Source of the DNA: Myxococcota bacterium
GTDB lineage: Bacteria > Myxococcota_A > UBA9160 > UBA6930
Direction of reading: 5' to 3'
DNA length: 64,000 bases
Assembly: GCA_965223705.1 (NCBI GenBank)
Contig: OZ245015.1
Location: 3,968,001 to 4,032,000, forward strand
Part shown: piece by piece, positions 39,597-48,704 of the stretch
Numbering within the stretch: position 1 is the first letter of the stretch
Layout: every line of letters begins with the position of its first letter
Notes under the pieces: model-generated
Seen by the model: only the letters and a program-made list of their open reading frames with translations
Databases searched by the model: none
What the model was told of the DNA's origin: nothing
Program-made: the position numbers and the translations under genes

Positions 39597-40481
39597 ATGA
39601 AGATCGGTTTTGGTTTCGTGGGGCCGGGCGCTGCGGCGGACCCCGAAGTTGTGTCGGTGATCGCGAAGACCTGCGAGGACTGCGGGTTCCACTCTCTTTG
39701 GGCTCCGGAACACATTGTCCTTCTCGACAAGTACGCGGCGAAGTACCCCTACACCCAAGACGGTGTAATGCCCTTCGAGACAATGGACGTCGACTTCCTC
39801 GATCCTTTCCTCGCGTTGACCTATGCCGCCGCCGTAACGGACACCATCCGAGTCGGCACCGGAATTTGCCTCGTCCCGGAACGACACCCCGTCGTGACGG
39901 CGAAGGAAGTCGCGAGCCTCGACAAGCTTTCGGGCGGACGCTTCGATTTCGGCATCGGGATCGGTTGGATGCGCGAGGAGTTCGAAGCGCTCGAGGTGCC
40001 GTGGCCCAAGCGCGCCCAACGGACCCGCGACTACCTAGCCGCCATGGAGGCCCTCTGGACCCAGGGCGAGAGTTCGCACAACGGTGAGTTTGCGAAGTTC
40101 TCTTCCGTTCGATCCTTCCCGAAGCCGGTCCAAAAACCCTATCCGCCGCTCATCTTCGGTGGCGAGAGCGAGCCGGCCCTGCGACGGGTCGCGGAGATCG
40201 GCGATGGTTGGTGGGGTGTCAACGTCACGCCAGATGCGGCGAAGACGCACCTGGGAACGATTCGGCAGCTGGCGAAAGACGCCGGGCGAGACGCCGATGC
40301 GCTCAGCTACGCCGTATCACCCCAACTCGGTGGGCCGGTGAGCCTCGAAGAGGTGAAGCAGTACGCCGACCTGGGCGTCGACCAGGTCATCGTCGGCGGA
40401 TTTGGCTCGAACGCGGATGAATACCGAGCGATGCTCGAATCGATTGCCGAATCGCTCGTCGCTCCGTCGGCGAGCCTCTAA
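39597..40481 (+). CDS. LLM-class putative F420-dependent oxidoreductase (Rv2161c-like)
   Basis: GFHSLWAPEHIV, DPFLALTYAAAVT, AKEVASLDKLSGGRF..GIGWMREEF. Confidence 0.88.
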   Translation: MKIGFGFVGPGAAADPEVVSVIAKTCEDCGFHSLWAPEHIVLLDKYAAKYPYTQDGVMPFETMDVDFLDPFLALTYAAAVTDTIRVGTGICLVPERHPVVTAKEVASLDKLSGGRFDFGIGIGWMREEFEALEVPWPKRAQRTRDYLAAMEALWTQGESSHNGEFAKFSSVRSFPKPVQKPYPPLIFGGESEPALRRVAEIGDGWWGVNVTPDAAKTHLGTIRQLAKDAGRDADALSYAVSPQLGGPVSLEEVKQYADLGVDQVIVGGFGSNADEYRAMLESIAESLVAPSASL

Positions 40482-40549
40482 TCCGTCGGACCGGGTAGCG
40501 CGAAGCCCCGCTGGTTCGGCGCCCGAGAATTGGCGTAGCCTCCCAGGCT

Positions 40550-42067
40550 ATGGACCGACGGAAACTCGCGATTCGGTGTGTCGTCGCGGGTCTCATCGCC
40601 GTTCAACTCTGCCTTCTCTGGGGGGCGGTGCGTCCGTGGCTTCTCCCGGAGCCAACGCGGCAACAGCTGACGGATGTCGCAGCCCCTCCGCCAAAGGATC
40701 CGACACTTCCGGTTGCAACGGTTAGCGAGGACGACCCGTCTTCTGCTGAGATCGTCGGCGAGACGATGACGATCGAAGGCGTTGTGCGCGACGCGTCCGG
40801 TCGTCCGATTCCGAGCCTCGAGATCGTCGCCGAACGCCTACCCCTACCCGGCGAGCCGGGTGGGGCGGAGTTTCAAACGCTTGCAGACGCGAACGGACGC
40901 TTTCGCTTCGATTTCCTGCGCGCCGGCGAGTACGCAGTCCGCAACGAAGCCCGCGCTCCTTTCGCCGTGACCGAACGAGTCGTGCCGGCCGGATCCGGGG
41001 CACTCACGCTCGTCGTTCCCTTGCATCGGGAAATTGCGCTCGAGGGCTCTGTCACCGATCCCTCGAAGCGCGGCTTGAAGGGCGTGCGGGTGACCCCGTT
41101 GGGGCAGCCCGACGACGCGGTGTACACGAATCGCTCCGGCGAGTTCCGACTGCGCTTGGCTGCCGCTGGGGCGGACGCCTCTCGAACGTCGCTGCGCTTC
41201 CACCTCGGCGGATATCGTCCGGTCGAAATCGCGGTAGGCGATGACCCGGGGCCCATCGACGTGGTGCTCGAACGCAACTTACGCGGCGCCTCTGTTCGCG
41301 GTTCTCTTGTCGACGCGCAGCGGCACGAACCCGTGGGTCGTGCAGAAATCATCCTTCGCTCGCGCACAACGAGTGCCATCTACCGTGTCGACAGCTCGCC
41401 CGAGGGCGCCTTTGCCATCTCTGGCGTCGAGCTCGGCGAATATCGCGTCTCTGTAATTCCCCGTGGACCCTTCAAAACCCACACGATCGAAGAGCTGATG
41501 GTCGCCGCGGAGGGAGCGGAGTTGCGAATCGCGCTCGACCGACTCGACCGCGCACCGGTGAGGGGCCGGCTCGTCGACCGGTCCGGTCATCCAGTCCGGA
41601 ACTATCGTCTGTGGCTTGCGAGCCCCGAGGCTCCGACGGAGCGGGCGACCACGCTCGAAAGCGACGAACAGGGTGAGTTCCGAACCCGGGCGCCGGTCGG
41701 TCGCCTTCGCTTCTATACGCGAGCAGAACCCGCGCGTCACGTCGAATGGACTCGCGAATCGGTGAGCGACGACATTGAGCTCGTCATCGACGTAGGCGAA
41801 AACACCCTAGAAGGCCGCATAACGGACAGCGCTGGAGTCGGTATTGCCGGCGCCTCGGTCGAGCTTCGCTGGGCATACGCCTACGATGCGGTCGTCAGCC
41901 AATCCGTGCGGCGGACGGTTGGCGGTCCCGACGGCTACTTCGAATTCGAAGGCCTCGCAGACGACGCTTATTCGGCGCACGTCGAAGCCCGAGGTTACGA
42001 ACCGACCACCGTCAAACTCGATGTCACTCGCAGAGACCGCGCTCTCGTCGAACTCAAGCGGCGATGA
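40550..42067 (+). CDS. Membrane-anchored protein with about 5 carboxypeptidase-regulatory-like (Ig-like) repeats
   Basis: N-terminal TM, then repeated GxVxDxxGxP..TDxxGxF units. Confidence 0.8.
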   Translation: MDRRKLAIRCVVAGLIAVQLCLLWGAVRPWLLPEPTRQQLTDVAAPPPKDPTLPVATVSEDDPSSAEIVGETMTIEGVVRDASGRPIPSLEIVAERLPLPGEPGGAEFQTLADANGRFRFDFLRAGEYAVRNEARAPFAVTERVVPAGSGALTLVVPLHREIALEGSVTDPSKRGLKGVRVTPLGQPDDAVYTNRSGEFRLRLAAAGADASRTSLRFHLGGYRPVEIAVGDDPGPIDVVLERNLRGASVRGSLVDAQRHEPVGRAEIILRSRTTSAIYRVDSSPEGAFAISGVELGEYRVSVIPRGPFKTHTIEELMVAAEGAELRIALDRLDRAPVRGRLVDRSGHPVRNYRLWLASPEAPTERATTLESDEQGEFRTRAPVGRLRFYTRAEPARHVEWTRESVSDDIELVIDVGENTLEGRITDSAGVGIAGASVELRWAYAYDAVVSQSVRRTVGGPDGYFEFEGLADDAYSAHVEARGYEPTTVKLDVTRRDRALVELKRR

Positions 42068-42149
42068 CACGCGCGCGTTTCTTCCCACGATTTTGGAGTC
42101 GCAGTCGCTACGATCACCTCAGACAAACACACCCCCGCGAGGTAACTGC

Positions 42150-43454
42150 GTGAGCTCGAAGCGCTCTTGGCGTTTTCCCCCTTGGGTGTTGGCCGGCCTG
42201 TTTCTAGCGGTCCTGTTCGGCGCTTCCTCCGCGTCCGCGCTTTGTTTTCGCGACTCGGACTGTTCGGGAAATCTCGAGTGTGTCGCGGGTGCGTGCGTTT
42301 GCCTCGGGCACAGCGACTGTCCGAGTGGTGACGTCTGCGTGGCGGGTATTTGCATCGAAGCGTCGTGCCGTAATACCGGTCAAACGTGCACCGCGGACAA
42401 CCAGTGTTGCGGAAGCCGCGTGTGCAGCGACCTCTTCCGCTGCCGCACCCCTCGACAAGCGGGACAAGCTTGCGGCCCCGACGCTCCTTGCGCGTCGGAT
42501 CTTTCCTGCACCTTCCCGCAGTTCGAGTGTGCACACTCGCCGCGACGGCTCGGAGAACCGTGTTCGGCCTTTACGCCGTGCGGCTCGGGTCTCGTCTGCG
42601 GAACCAACTTTCGGTGCAAGAACAAAGGCCAAGGGGTCGGCGAAGCGTGCGATATCGGCGTCGTCATCGGGTCCCAGGGCGCAATCAATTCCTGCGTGGG
42701 CGATCTGAGCTGCAACTTCTGTGTAGGCAACGGCTGCGACGGCGAAACGGCGTGCTTTCCGGACGTGGCCTTGAACGCGTTCGACGGACGGCTCTCGAAA
42801 AGCGAATGCGAGCAAGCCTACAGCGCGAAAGCTCACCAAGCCGCTATGGATGCCGGCGAAGTCCGAACGTTCGGAACCGGTGGACAGGTGGTGGCCGCCG
42901 CCGGGATCTCGTACGAACGCGGTGTCGTCTACGGGCCCGACGGACGGGCCGGATGTTTCTTGACGACATGCGTGGGTGGCGAAGCCGACATCGCGATCGA
43001 GCCGGTGTTTAGCTGCAACGGCGTCTACGACGACTATGATGCAGTGGCGGGGAAGTCGGTCGCGATCGTCGAAGAGGGGCAGGTTCCGTTCTCGCCGGTG
43101 AATATCTCCGATATCGTTCTCCGGACCAAGCTCACGGCGTTCTCGAACCGAGACACCCAGATCGGGCGCGAAGGATGTATCGGTGTGGGAATTGGCTTGA
43201 GCCCCATCCCCTACACCCGAGGGATCTACGACTGCACGACGGAAGTCGAAAACATTCGCGAGCGCCCTATTCCGGGCAACTTCAACAACGACGGCTGCGT
43301 CGACCGACGCGATGTCATCGAGCTCCTCCGGGAAGTTCGGGCCGGCAGTAGCGACCCCGCGATGGATCTCAATCGAGATGGCGTCGTCAACGTGGCCGAC
43401 GTACGCTTCTTGGCACGCCTGTTCTCGAACCCCCGAGGTGCGCCTTGCTCTTGA
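42150..43454 (+). CDS. Secreted Cys-rich protein with C-terminal dockerin-like domain
   Basis: GAGGT Shine-Dalgarno and GTG 42150; signal peptide (ASSASA); Cys-rich repeats; duplicated Ca-binding loops GNFNNDGCVDRRD and DLNRDGVVNVAD. Confidence 0.8.
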   Translation: MSSKRSWRFPPWVLAGLFLAVLFGASSASALCFRDSDCSGNLECVAGACVCLGHSDCPSGDVCVAGICIEASCRNTGQTCTADNQCCGSRVCSDLFRCRTPRQAGQACGPDAPCASDLSCTFPQFECAHSPRRLGEPCSAFTPCGSGLVCGTNFRCKNKGQGVGEACDIGVVIGSQGAINSCVGDLSCNFCVGNGCDGETACFPDVALNAFDGRLSKSECEQAYSAKAHQAAMDAGEVRTFGTGGQVVAAAGISYERGVVYGPDGRAGCFLTTCVGGEADIAIEPVFSCNGVYDDYDAVAGKSVAIVEEGQVPFSPVNISDIVLRTKLTAFSNRDTQIGREGCIGVGIGLSPIPYTRGIYDCTTEVENIRERPIPGNFNNDGCVDRRDVIELLREVRAGSSDPAMDLNRDGVVNVADVRFLARLFSNPRGAPCS

Positions 43455-44044
43455 GCCTACACAACAGCCTCCGCGCCATCTTCGTCTTGATCGGGTTGAG
43501 TGCGTCTGGGCCGGCCGCGGCGATCACCGTCTTTCTCGATCCGGTGACGCAAGACGTGACCGCTCCGGCGAAGGCCTCGATCGGCCTTCACGTCTCCGGG
43601 TTGGGCAACGGCGTGGCGCCCTCGCTCGGGGCTTTCGACATCGGCATCGCGTTCGACCCGGCGGTTCTGATGTTTGACGATGTGGTGTTCGGCACGTTTC
43701 TTGGCGACGAAGCGGGGGGGGAAGCGTTTAGCGGTTTCGACGACTCGGTAGCGGGAACGGTCTCTGTCGACGTCGTCTCCGCCCTCTTCGATTTCGAGCT
43801 CGACGCCGGCCAACCCGACGCGTTCTTGTTGGCGACGCTCGAATTCGCCCCCGTATCGGGCTCGGGAACGAGTGCCGTCGGGATCGCGAGCGTCCTACTC
43901 AGCGACCCCGAGGCGAACATCCTGACGAACGTAATGATCAGCTCTTCCTCGGAAGTCACGGTCGTTCCGGAGCCCAGCTCGGGCCTCCTGCTCGGGGCAG
44001 GTCTGTTAGGCCTTCTCCGCTTGCGCCGTCGATCGCGAGCTTGA
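43445..44044 (+). CDS. Cohesin-like domain protein with PEP-CTERM sorting signal
   Basis: Signal peptide, LGAFDIGIAFDPAVL, LATLEF, VLLSD, then VPEPSSGLLLGAGLLGLLRLRRR; start overlaps the dockerin gene stop. Confidence 0.82.
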   Translation: MLLSLHNSLRAIFVLIGLSASGPAAAITVFLDPVTQDVTAPAKASIGLHVSGLGNGVAPSLGAFDIGIAFDPAVLMFDDVVFGTFLGDEAGGEAFSGFDDSVAGTVSVDVVSALFDFELDAGQPDAFLLATLEFAPVSGSGTSAVGIASVLLSDPEANILTNVMISSSSEVTVVPEPSSGLLLGAGLLGLLRLRRRSRA

Positions 44045-44103
44045 TTCTCCGGCGGCTTCCGATCCACAATGGCCAAACACCGTCCATCGAAGGAGTGTCC
44101 GCC

Positions 44104-44547
44104 ATGGGTGCCACCGAACTCGAACAGCGCATCACCCGCCTCGAGGACATCGAGGCGATCAAGCAACTGAAAGCCCGCTACTGCGAAATTTGCGATGACG
44201 ACCACAACCCGGATCGCATCACGTCGCTATTCGCGGAAGACGCCATTTGGGAGAGCGCCGACTTCGGCAAGGCCGAGGGGCACGATGCGATCCGCGAGCT
44301 CTTCACCGGATTCAAGAAGATGTTCAACTTCTCCCAGCACAACATCATGAACCCGATCATCGAAGTCGACGGCGATCGCGCGACGGGTGTCTGGTACATC
44401 ATGGGGCCCTGGACCTATACCGAGAACAACGAAGAGAAGTGGCTCGCGCTCCGCTACAACGACGACTACGTCAAGCGAGACGGAGAGTGGAAGTACCAGC
44501 ATCTGCGGGTCGCGCTCCGCATGGTGGCCGACCGTCAGGCGGGGTAG
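44104..44547 (+). CDS. NTF2/SnoaL-like protein (LinA/BaiE-like)
   Basis: LEDIEAIKQLKARYC, LFAEDAIW, SQHNIMNPIIEVDGDRATGVW. Confidence 0.85.
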   Translation: MGATELEQRITRLEDIEAIKQLKARYCEICDDDHNPDRITSLFAEDAIWESADFGKAEGHDAIRELFTGFKKMFNFSQHNIMNPIIEVDGDRATGVWYIMGPWTYTENNEEKWLALRYNDDYVKRDGEWKYQHLRVALRMVADRQAG

Positions 44548-44554
44548 CGAATCG

Positions 44555-44995
44555 ATGGCTGCGAGCGCACCGCCGACTCCTTGGCTGATCCGGCTCATGA
44601 CGCGAATTCACCTGGCTCTCCATCGCCTGAGCGGTGGCAAGCTCTTCAACGAACTCGGCGGCGACGACGTGTGCTTCGTCGAAATGGTCGGAGCCAAGAG
44701 CGGGCGCTCCCTCACGGTTCCGCTCATGCACGTTCCGTATGGCGCGGGAGTCCTTCTGGTCGCGTCCCAGGGCGGCGCTCCCCGAAACCCCGTCTGGTAC
44801 CACAACCTGGTGAAGAACCCGGATGTCGAAGTGGTGCACCGGGGTCGCCGCATGTCACTGCGCGCGCGCCTGGCAACTGCGGAAGAAAAGCCGGCCCTCT
44901 GGCCCGTTTGCGACGAGCACTACGCACCGTACGCGGACTACCGCGCCCGAACGACGCGAGACATCCCGATCTTCGTGTGTGAGCCGCGGACCTAG
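44555..44995 (+). CDS. Deazaflavin (F420H2)-dependent nitroreductase / Ddn family
   Basis: GAKSG, VASQGGAPRNPVWYHNL, YADYRARTTRDIP. Confidence 0.88.
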   Translation: MAASAPPTPWLIRLMTRIHLALHRLSGGKLFNELGGDDVCFVEMVGAKSGRSLTVPLMHVPYGAGVLLVASQGGAPRNPVWYHNLVKNPDVEVVHRGRRMSLRARLATAEEKPALWPVCDEHYAPYADYRARTTRDIPIFVCEPRT

Positions 44996-46059
44996 TTGCG
45001 AAGACCCGCTTCGCGCAGCAGGGGAACGATCTCGGTGCCGACCCGCTTGGTGTCCTGCTCGTAGCGGAGGAACGTCATCAGGACCCCGTCGATTCCGAAG
45101 CTCGAGAGTTTTTGAAGCCCGTCGACCACGTCATTCGCGGTCCCGAGAAGCGGCATGCTCCCACCGGTAAACGCAAAGAGTTCATAGGTCACGTCGTCGA
45201 AGGAATCGCTTTCGACGCCGAGGGTCGAGGCCCAGTTCTCGATCGCGACCGGGTCCGCCCCGGCAATGAGCTTCTCCCGTTCGCCGAGCGCCCACGCCGG
45301 ATCTTCGTTCCAGAGCGGCATTACCGACGCGACGACTTTGAGATCCCGCCCCTTCGCCCGGGCGCGCGCCTTGACATCGGCCGTGATCTCCTCTGCGGCT
45401 TCGAAGTTCATCGGGCAGATGAAACACCAATCGCAAATGCTCGAGACCAATTCGCGCGCGTCCTCGGATTGGCCTGCGTTGACGATCGGCGGATGAGGGC
45501 GTCGCGTGGGCTGCGGCCTCGTATAGCCGCCGCGGATCGTGTAGTAGCGCGACTCGAAATCGAAGGTTCCGGGCTCTTCGGTCCACAAGCCCTTTAAGCA
45601 GCGAATAAAGTCGCCCGTCCGCTGATAGCGATCTTCGTGCGGCAACATCTCAATGCCCATCATGTCGAACTCGGGCTTGTTCCATCCGCTGACGATGTTG
45701 ATCCCCCATCGTCCACCGGACAGATGATCGAGTGTGGCGCCCATCTTGGCGGCGACGACGGGATTGAAGACGGGGACGTGCACCGTCGAGTAGACCTCGA
45801 GACGGTTCGTCAGTGTGAGGAGCCCTGCCGCCCAAGTCATCGTCTCGAGCGAATCGCCCATATAGTCACTCTCGCCACCGAACCCCATCCAGCGACTCAC
45901 GGGGAAGATGAAGTCGAACCCCGCGTCTTCCGCAGCGAGCGCGATTCTCGCATTCGACGCAAAGGTCCAGTCGTCGGGCTCGGGCTTGTAGGTCGAGAGC
46001 TGCATCAGGTTCTTGCAGCTCGGCATAAAGATTCCGAGCTTGAGGCGATCTTCGGGCAC
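44992..46059 (-). CDS. LLM-class monooxygenase (RutA/SfnG-like)
   Basis: AEDAGFDFIFPVSRWMGFGG, STVHVP, DHLSGGRWGINIVSGW, NAGQS. Confidence 0.85.
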   Translation of the reverse strand: MPEDRLKLGIFMPSCKNLMQLSTYKPEPDDWTFASNARIALAAEDAGFDFIFPVSRWMGFGGESDYMGDSLETMTWAAGLLTLTNRLEVYSTVHVPVFNPVVAAKMGATLDHLSGGRWGINIVSGWNKPEFDMMGIEMLPHEDRYQRTGDFIRCLKGLWTEEPGTFDFESRYYTIRGGYTRPQPTRRPHPPIVNAGQSEDARELVSSICDWCFICPMNFEAAEEITADVKARARAKGRDLKVVASVMPLWNEDPAWALGEREKLIAGADPVAIENWASTLGVESDSFDDVTYELFAFTGGSMPLLGTANDVVDGLQKLSSFGIDGVLMTFLRYEQDTKRVGTEIVPLLREAGLRN

Positions 46060-46143
46060 GGCGCTTCTCCAGGGAGTCAGAATACCCTGCCGTTCGCCCC
46101 TCGGCAGGTTAGAGTTCCGATCGAACGCCTCGAGGAGATTCTC

Positions 46144-48222
46144 ATGCGCGCACTTTGGCGAAGCTGGCTTGTACTGACGCTCTGCATCGGAGGACCCGCG
46201 GGATCGCAGACGCTGGTCGATGACGCGGCCCTGACGAGCGGCGGCAACGGTGAGAATTGGGTCGGCTTCGGCAGGACCTACAGCGAACAACGCTTCAGCC
46301 CGCTGACTCAAGTGAACTCGAAGACGGTGAAGGAGCTGGGGCTCGCGTGGCACCTCGACCTCGAAGACGACCGCACCCTCACGGCGACACCGCTCGCGAT
46401 CGACGGCGTGTTGTATTTCACGAGTAGCTACAGCAAGACGCGCGCCGTCGAAGCGCGGACTGGAAAACTCCTATGGGAGTACGATCCGAAGTCGATCGAG
46501 CACGCCGGCGACCGTCTTCAAAACATGTGGGATACGAGCCGCGGCCTCGCGTACTGGAAGGGCAAGGTCATCATCGCGACGATCGATGGCCGACTGGTCG
46601 CGCTCAACGCGAAGACCGGCGAGCACCTCTGGGAGACGCTGACCGTCGACCCGGCGAAGGCGCTCTATATCACCGGACTTCCCAAGGTTTTCAAAGGCAA
46701 GGTCATCGTGGGTAACGGTGGCTCGGAGCACACCGACGCGCGCGGGTACGTCACGGCCTACGACGTCGAAACCGGGAAACAACTCTGGCGGTTCTACGTC
46801 GTTCCCGGAAATCCGGCAGACGGGTTCGAAAACAAGGCAATGGAAATGGCCGCGAAAACGTGGACCGGTGACTGGTGGCGGTTCGGCGGCGGCGGTCAAG
46901 TGTGGCACGGGATCACGTACGACCCGGAATTTGATCAGGTCATCATCGGTACGGGCAATGGAACCCCGTGGAACCGCAAGATCCGAAGTCCCGGCGGCGG
47001 CGACAACCTCTTTCTGTGTTCGCTGGTCGCCCTCGACGCTGAGACGGGCGACTACAAGTGGCACTACCAGACGACGCCCGGCGAGACCTGGGACTACAAC
47101 TCCAATATGGACATCGTCCTGGCGGATCTCAAGATCGGCGGAAAGCCGGTGAAGGCGCTCATGCACGCGCCGAAGAACGGTTTCTTCTACGTCATCGATC
47201 GCAAAGACGGCAAGCTCCTTTCCGCTGAGAAAATCGGGAAGGTCACGTGGGCGACTCACATCGACATGGAGACCGGGCGTCCCGTCGAAAACCCCAAAGC
47301 CCGCTACGAAGACGGCGAAGAGCTCGTATGGCCGAGCACCTTGGGCGCTCACAACTGGCACGCGATGTCCTACAACCCGCAAACGGGGTTGGCGTATATC
47401 CCGACCATCGAGATGCCCGGACTCTTCAGCGATGCCGGGATCGACCTCAAGGCGTGGCGGAGCAAGAACTTCCGAATGCACTTCGGCGTCACGTTCGAAG
47501 GCGACGCACCGGAAGATTGGGGTTCTGCGGCACTGCTCGCCTGGGATCCGATTGAACAGAAGAAAGCCTGGTCGGTGAAGCTACCGCCGAGCTGGAACCC
47601 CGGTACGTTGACGACGGCGGGCGAGTTGGTGTTTCAGGGACAGGCGGACGGTGACTTCGTCGCGTACAACGCGTCGACGGGCGCAGAACTCTGGTCGGTC
47701 AATTTGGGACTCGGCATTTCTGCACCGCCCATCACGTACAGCGTCGACGGCGAACAGTACGTCTCGCTCCTCGTCGGTTGGGGCGGTGGCGGCTTGCTGT
47801 TTGGAACCCACGCGGCGCAACACGGCTGGGCCTACCGCGCTCAGCCCCGCCGACTCTTCACGTTCAAGATCGGCGGAAGTGCGGCGATGCCTGAGTTTGC
47901 GCCGAAGGTGTTCGCGAAGCCGGTCGATGTCCCCGACTTCGTCATCGACGATGCGCTCGTCGAGACCGGTACGCAGGTTTGGACCGAGTCGTGCTTGTGG
48001 TGTCACGGCAGCGCAGCGGTATCGGGCGGGCACGCCCCGGATCTCCGCGAGTCGCCGCTGGCGCTCAACCTCGAGAGCTTCCGCGCCATCGTGAAAAACG
48101 GCGTGCTCGAGCGGGGCATGCCTCGCTTCAAAGACCACACCGACGAAGAAATCACCGCCCTCTTCCACTTCGTCCGTCGGGAAGCGAGAAAAGCCGTCAC
48201 GAAAACGGCAAAGAACCCCTAG
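46144..48222 (+). CDS. Quinohemoprotein (PQQ + cytochrome c) alcohol dehydrogenase, type II-like
   Basis: Signal peptide, GRTYSEQRFSPL, GTGNGTPW, WDYNS, HAPKNGFFYV, GAHNWHAMS, C-terminal CLWCH heme motif. Confidence 0.9.
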   Translation: MRALWRSWLVLTLCIGGPAGSQTLVDDAALTSGGNGENWVGFGRTYSEQRFSPLTQVNSKTVKELGLAWHLDLEDDRTLTATPLAIDGVLYFTSSYSKTRAVEARTGKLLWEYDPKSIEHAGDRLQNMWDTSRGLAYWKGKVIIATIDGRLVALNAKTGEHLWETLTVDPAKALYITGLPKVFKGKVIVGNGGSEHTDARGYVTAYDVETGKQLWRFYVVPGNPADGFENKAMEMAAKTWTGDWWRFGGGGQVWHGITYDPEFDQVIIGTGNGTPWNRKIRSPGGGDNLFLCSLVALDAETGDYKWHYQTTPGETWDYNSNMDIVLADLKIGGKPVKALMHAPKNGFFYVIDRKDGKLLSAEKIGKVTWATHIDMETGRPVENPKARYEDGEELVWPSTLGAHNWHAMSYNPQTGLAYIPTIEMPGLFSDAGIDLKAWRSKNFRMHFGVTFEGDAPEDWGSAALLAWDPIEQKKAWSVKLPPSWNPGTLTTAGELVFQGQADGDFVAYNASTGAELWSVNLGLGISAPPITYSVDGEQYVSLLVGWGGGGLLFGTHAAQHGWAYRAQPRRLFTFKIGGSAAMPEFAPKVFAKPVDVPDFVIDDALVETGTQVWTESCLWCHGSAAVSGGHAPDLRESPLALNLESFRAIVKNGVLERGMPRFKDHTDEEITALFHFVRREARKAVTKTAKNP

Positions 48223-48695
48223 GCCGTGGCGCGAAGACGACGGATCCCGATCAGGATCCAGCCGAGGGTCGCGGCACCTGGGAAGGCCACCAACAAAAAG
48301 GCCATGACCGTTCGCCAGGAGATCGCCCCGGGGAACAGGACCGCTTCGCTCGGATCACCCGGGTCGTAGAACACCCGGACGGTCCGTCCCACGTCGAACG
48401 TCCCCGCCGGCTGACGATACCCGACGCCGACGTACGAGAGCCGCGTTCCCTCGAAGCTCTTGCCGTGGACGGTGTAGGCGTAACGGATGCTCGACGTGAG
48501 CGTCTGCCCCTTCGCACGGCGCGCGTCATGGTCGATGACGTCGCCCGTTACGCTCGGCCAGCCGCGGCTTTGCCACCCTCGCTCGAGGTCGGGGTAGACG
48601 AGCGAACCCACCGCAAGCGCGCCCGCGAGCAGGGTCAAGAGCACGAGCAAGACGACGAAGAAGCCCGTGACTTGTGCCGGTCTCAGTTTCGGCAC
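48219..48695 (-). CDS. DUF3592 membrane protein
   Basis: WPSVTGDV, IRYAYTVHG, VRVFYDPGDPSEAVL flanked by TM segments. Confidence 0.85.
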   Translation of the reverse strand: MPKLRPAQVTGFFVVLLVLLTLLAGALAVGSLVYPDLERGWQSRGWPSVTGDVIDHDARRAKGQTLTSSIRYAYTVHGKSFEGTRLSYVGVGYRQPAGTFDVGRTVRVFYDPGDPSEAVLFPGAISWRTVMAFLLVAFPGAATLGWILIGIRRLRATA

Positions 48696-48704
48696 GCGAG
48701 GCCG

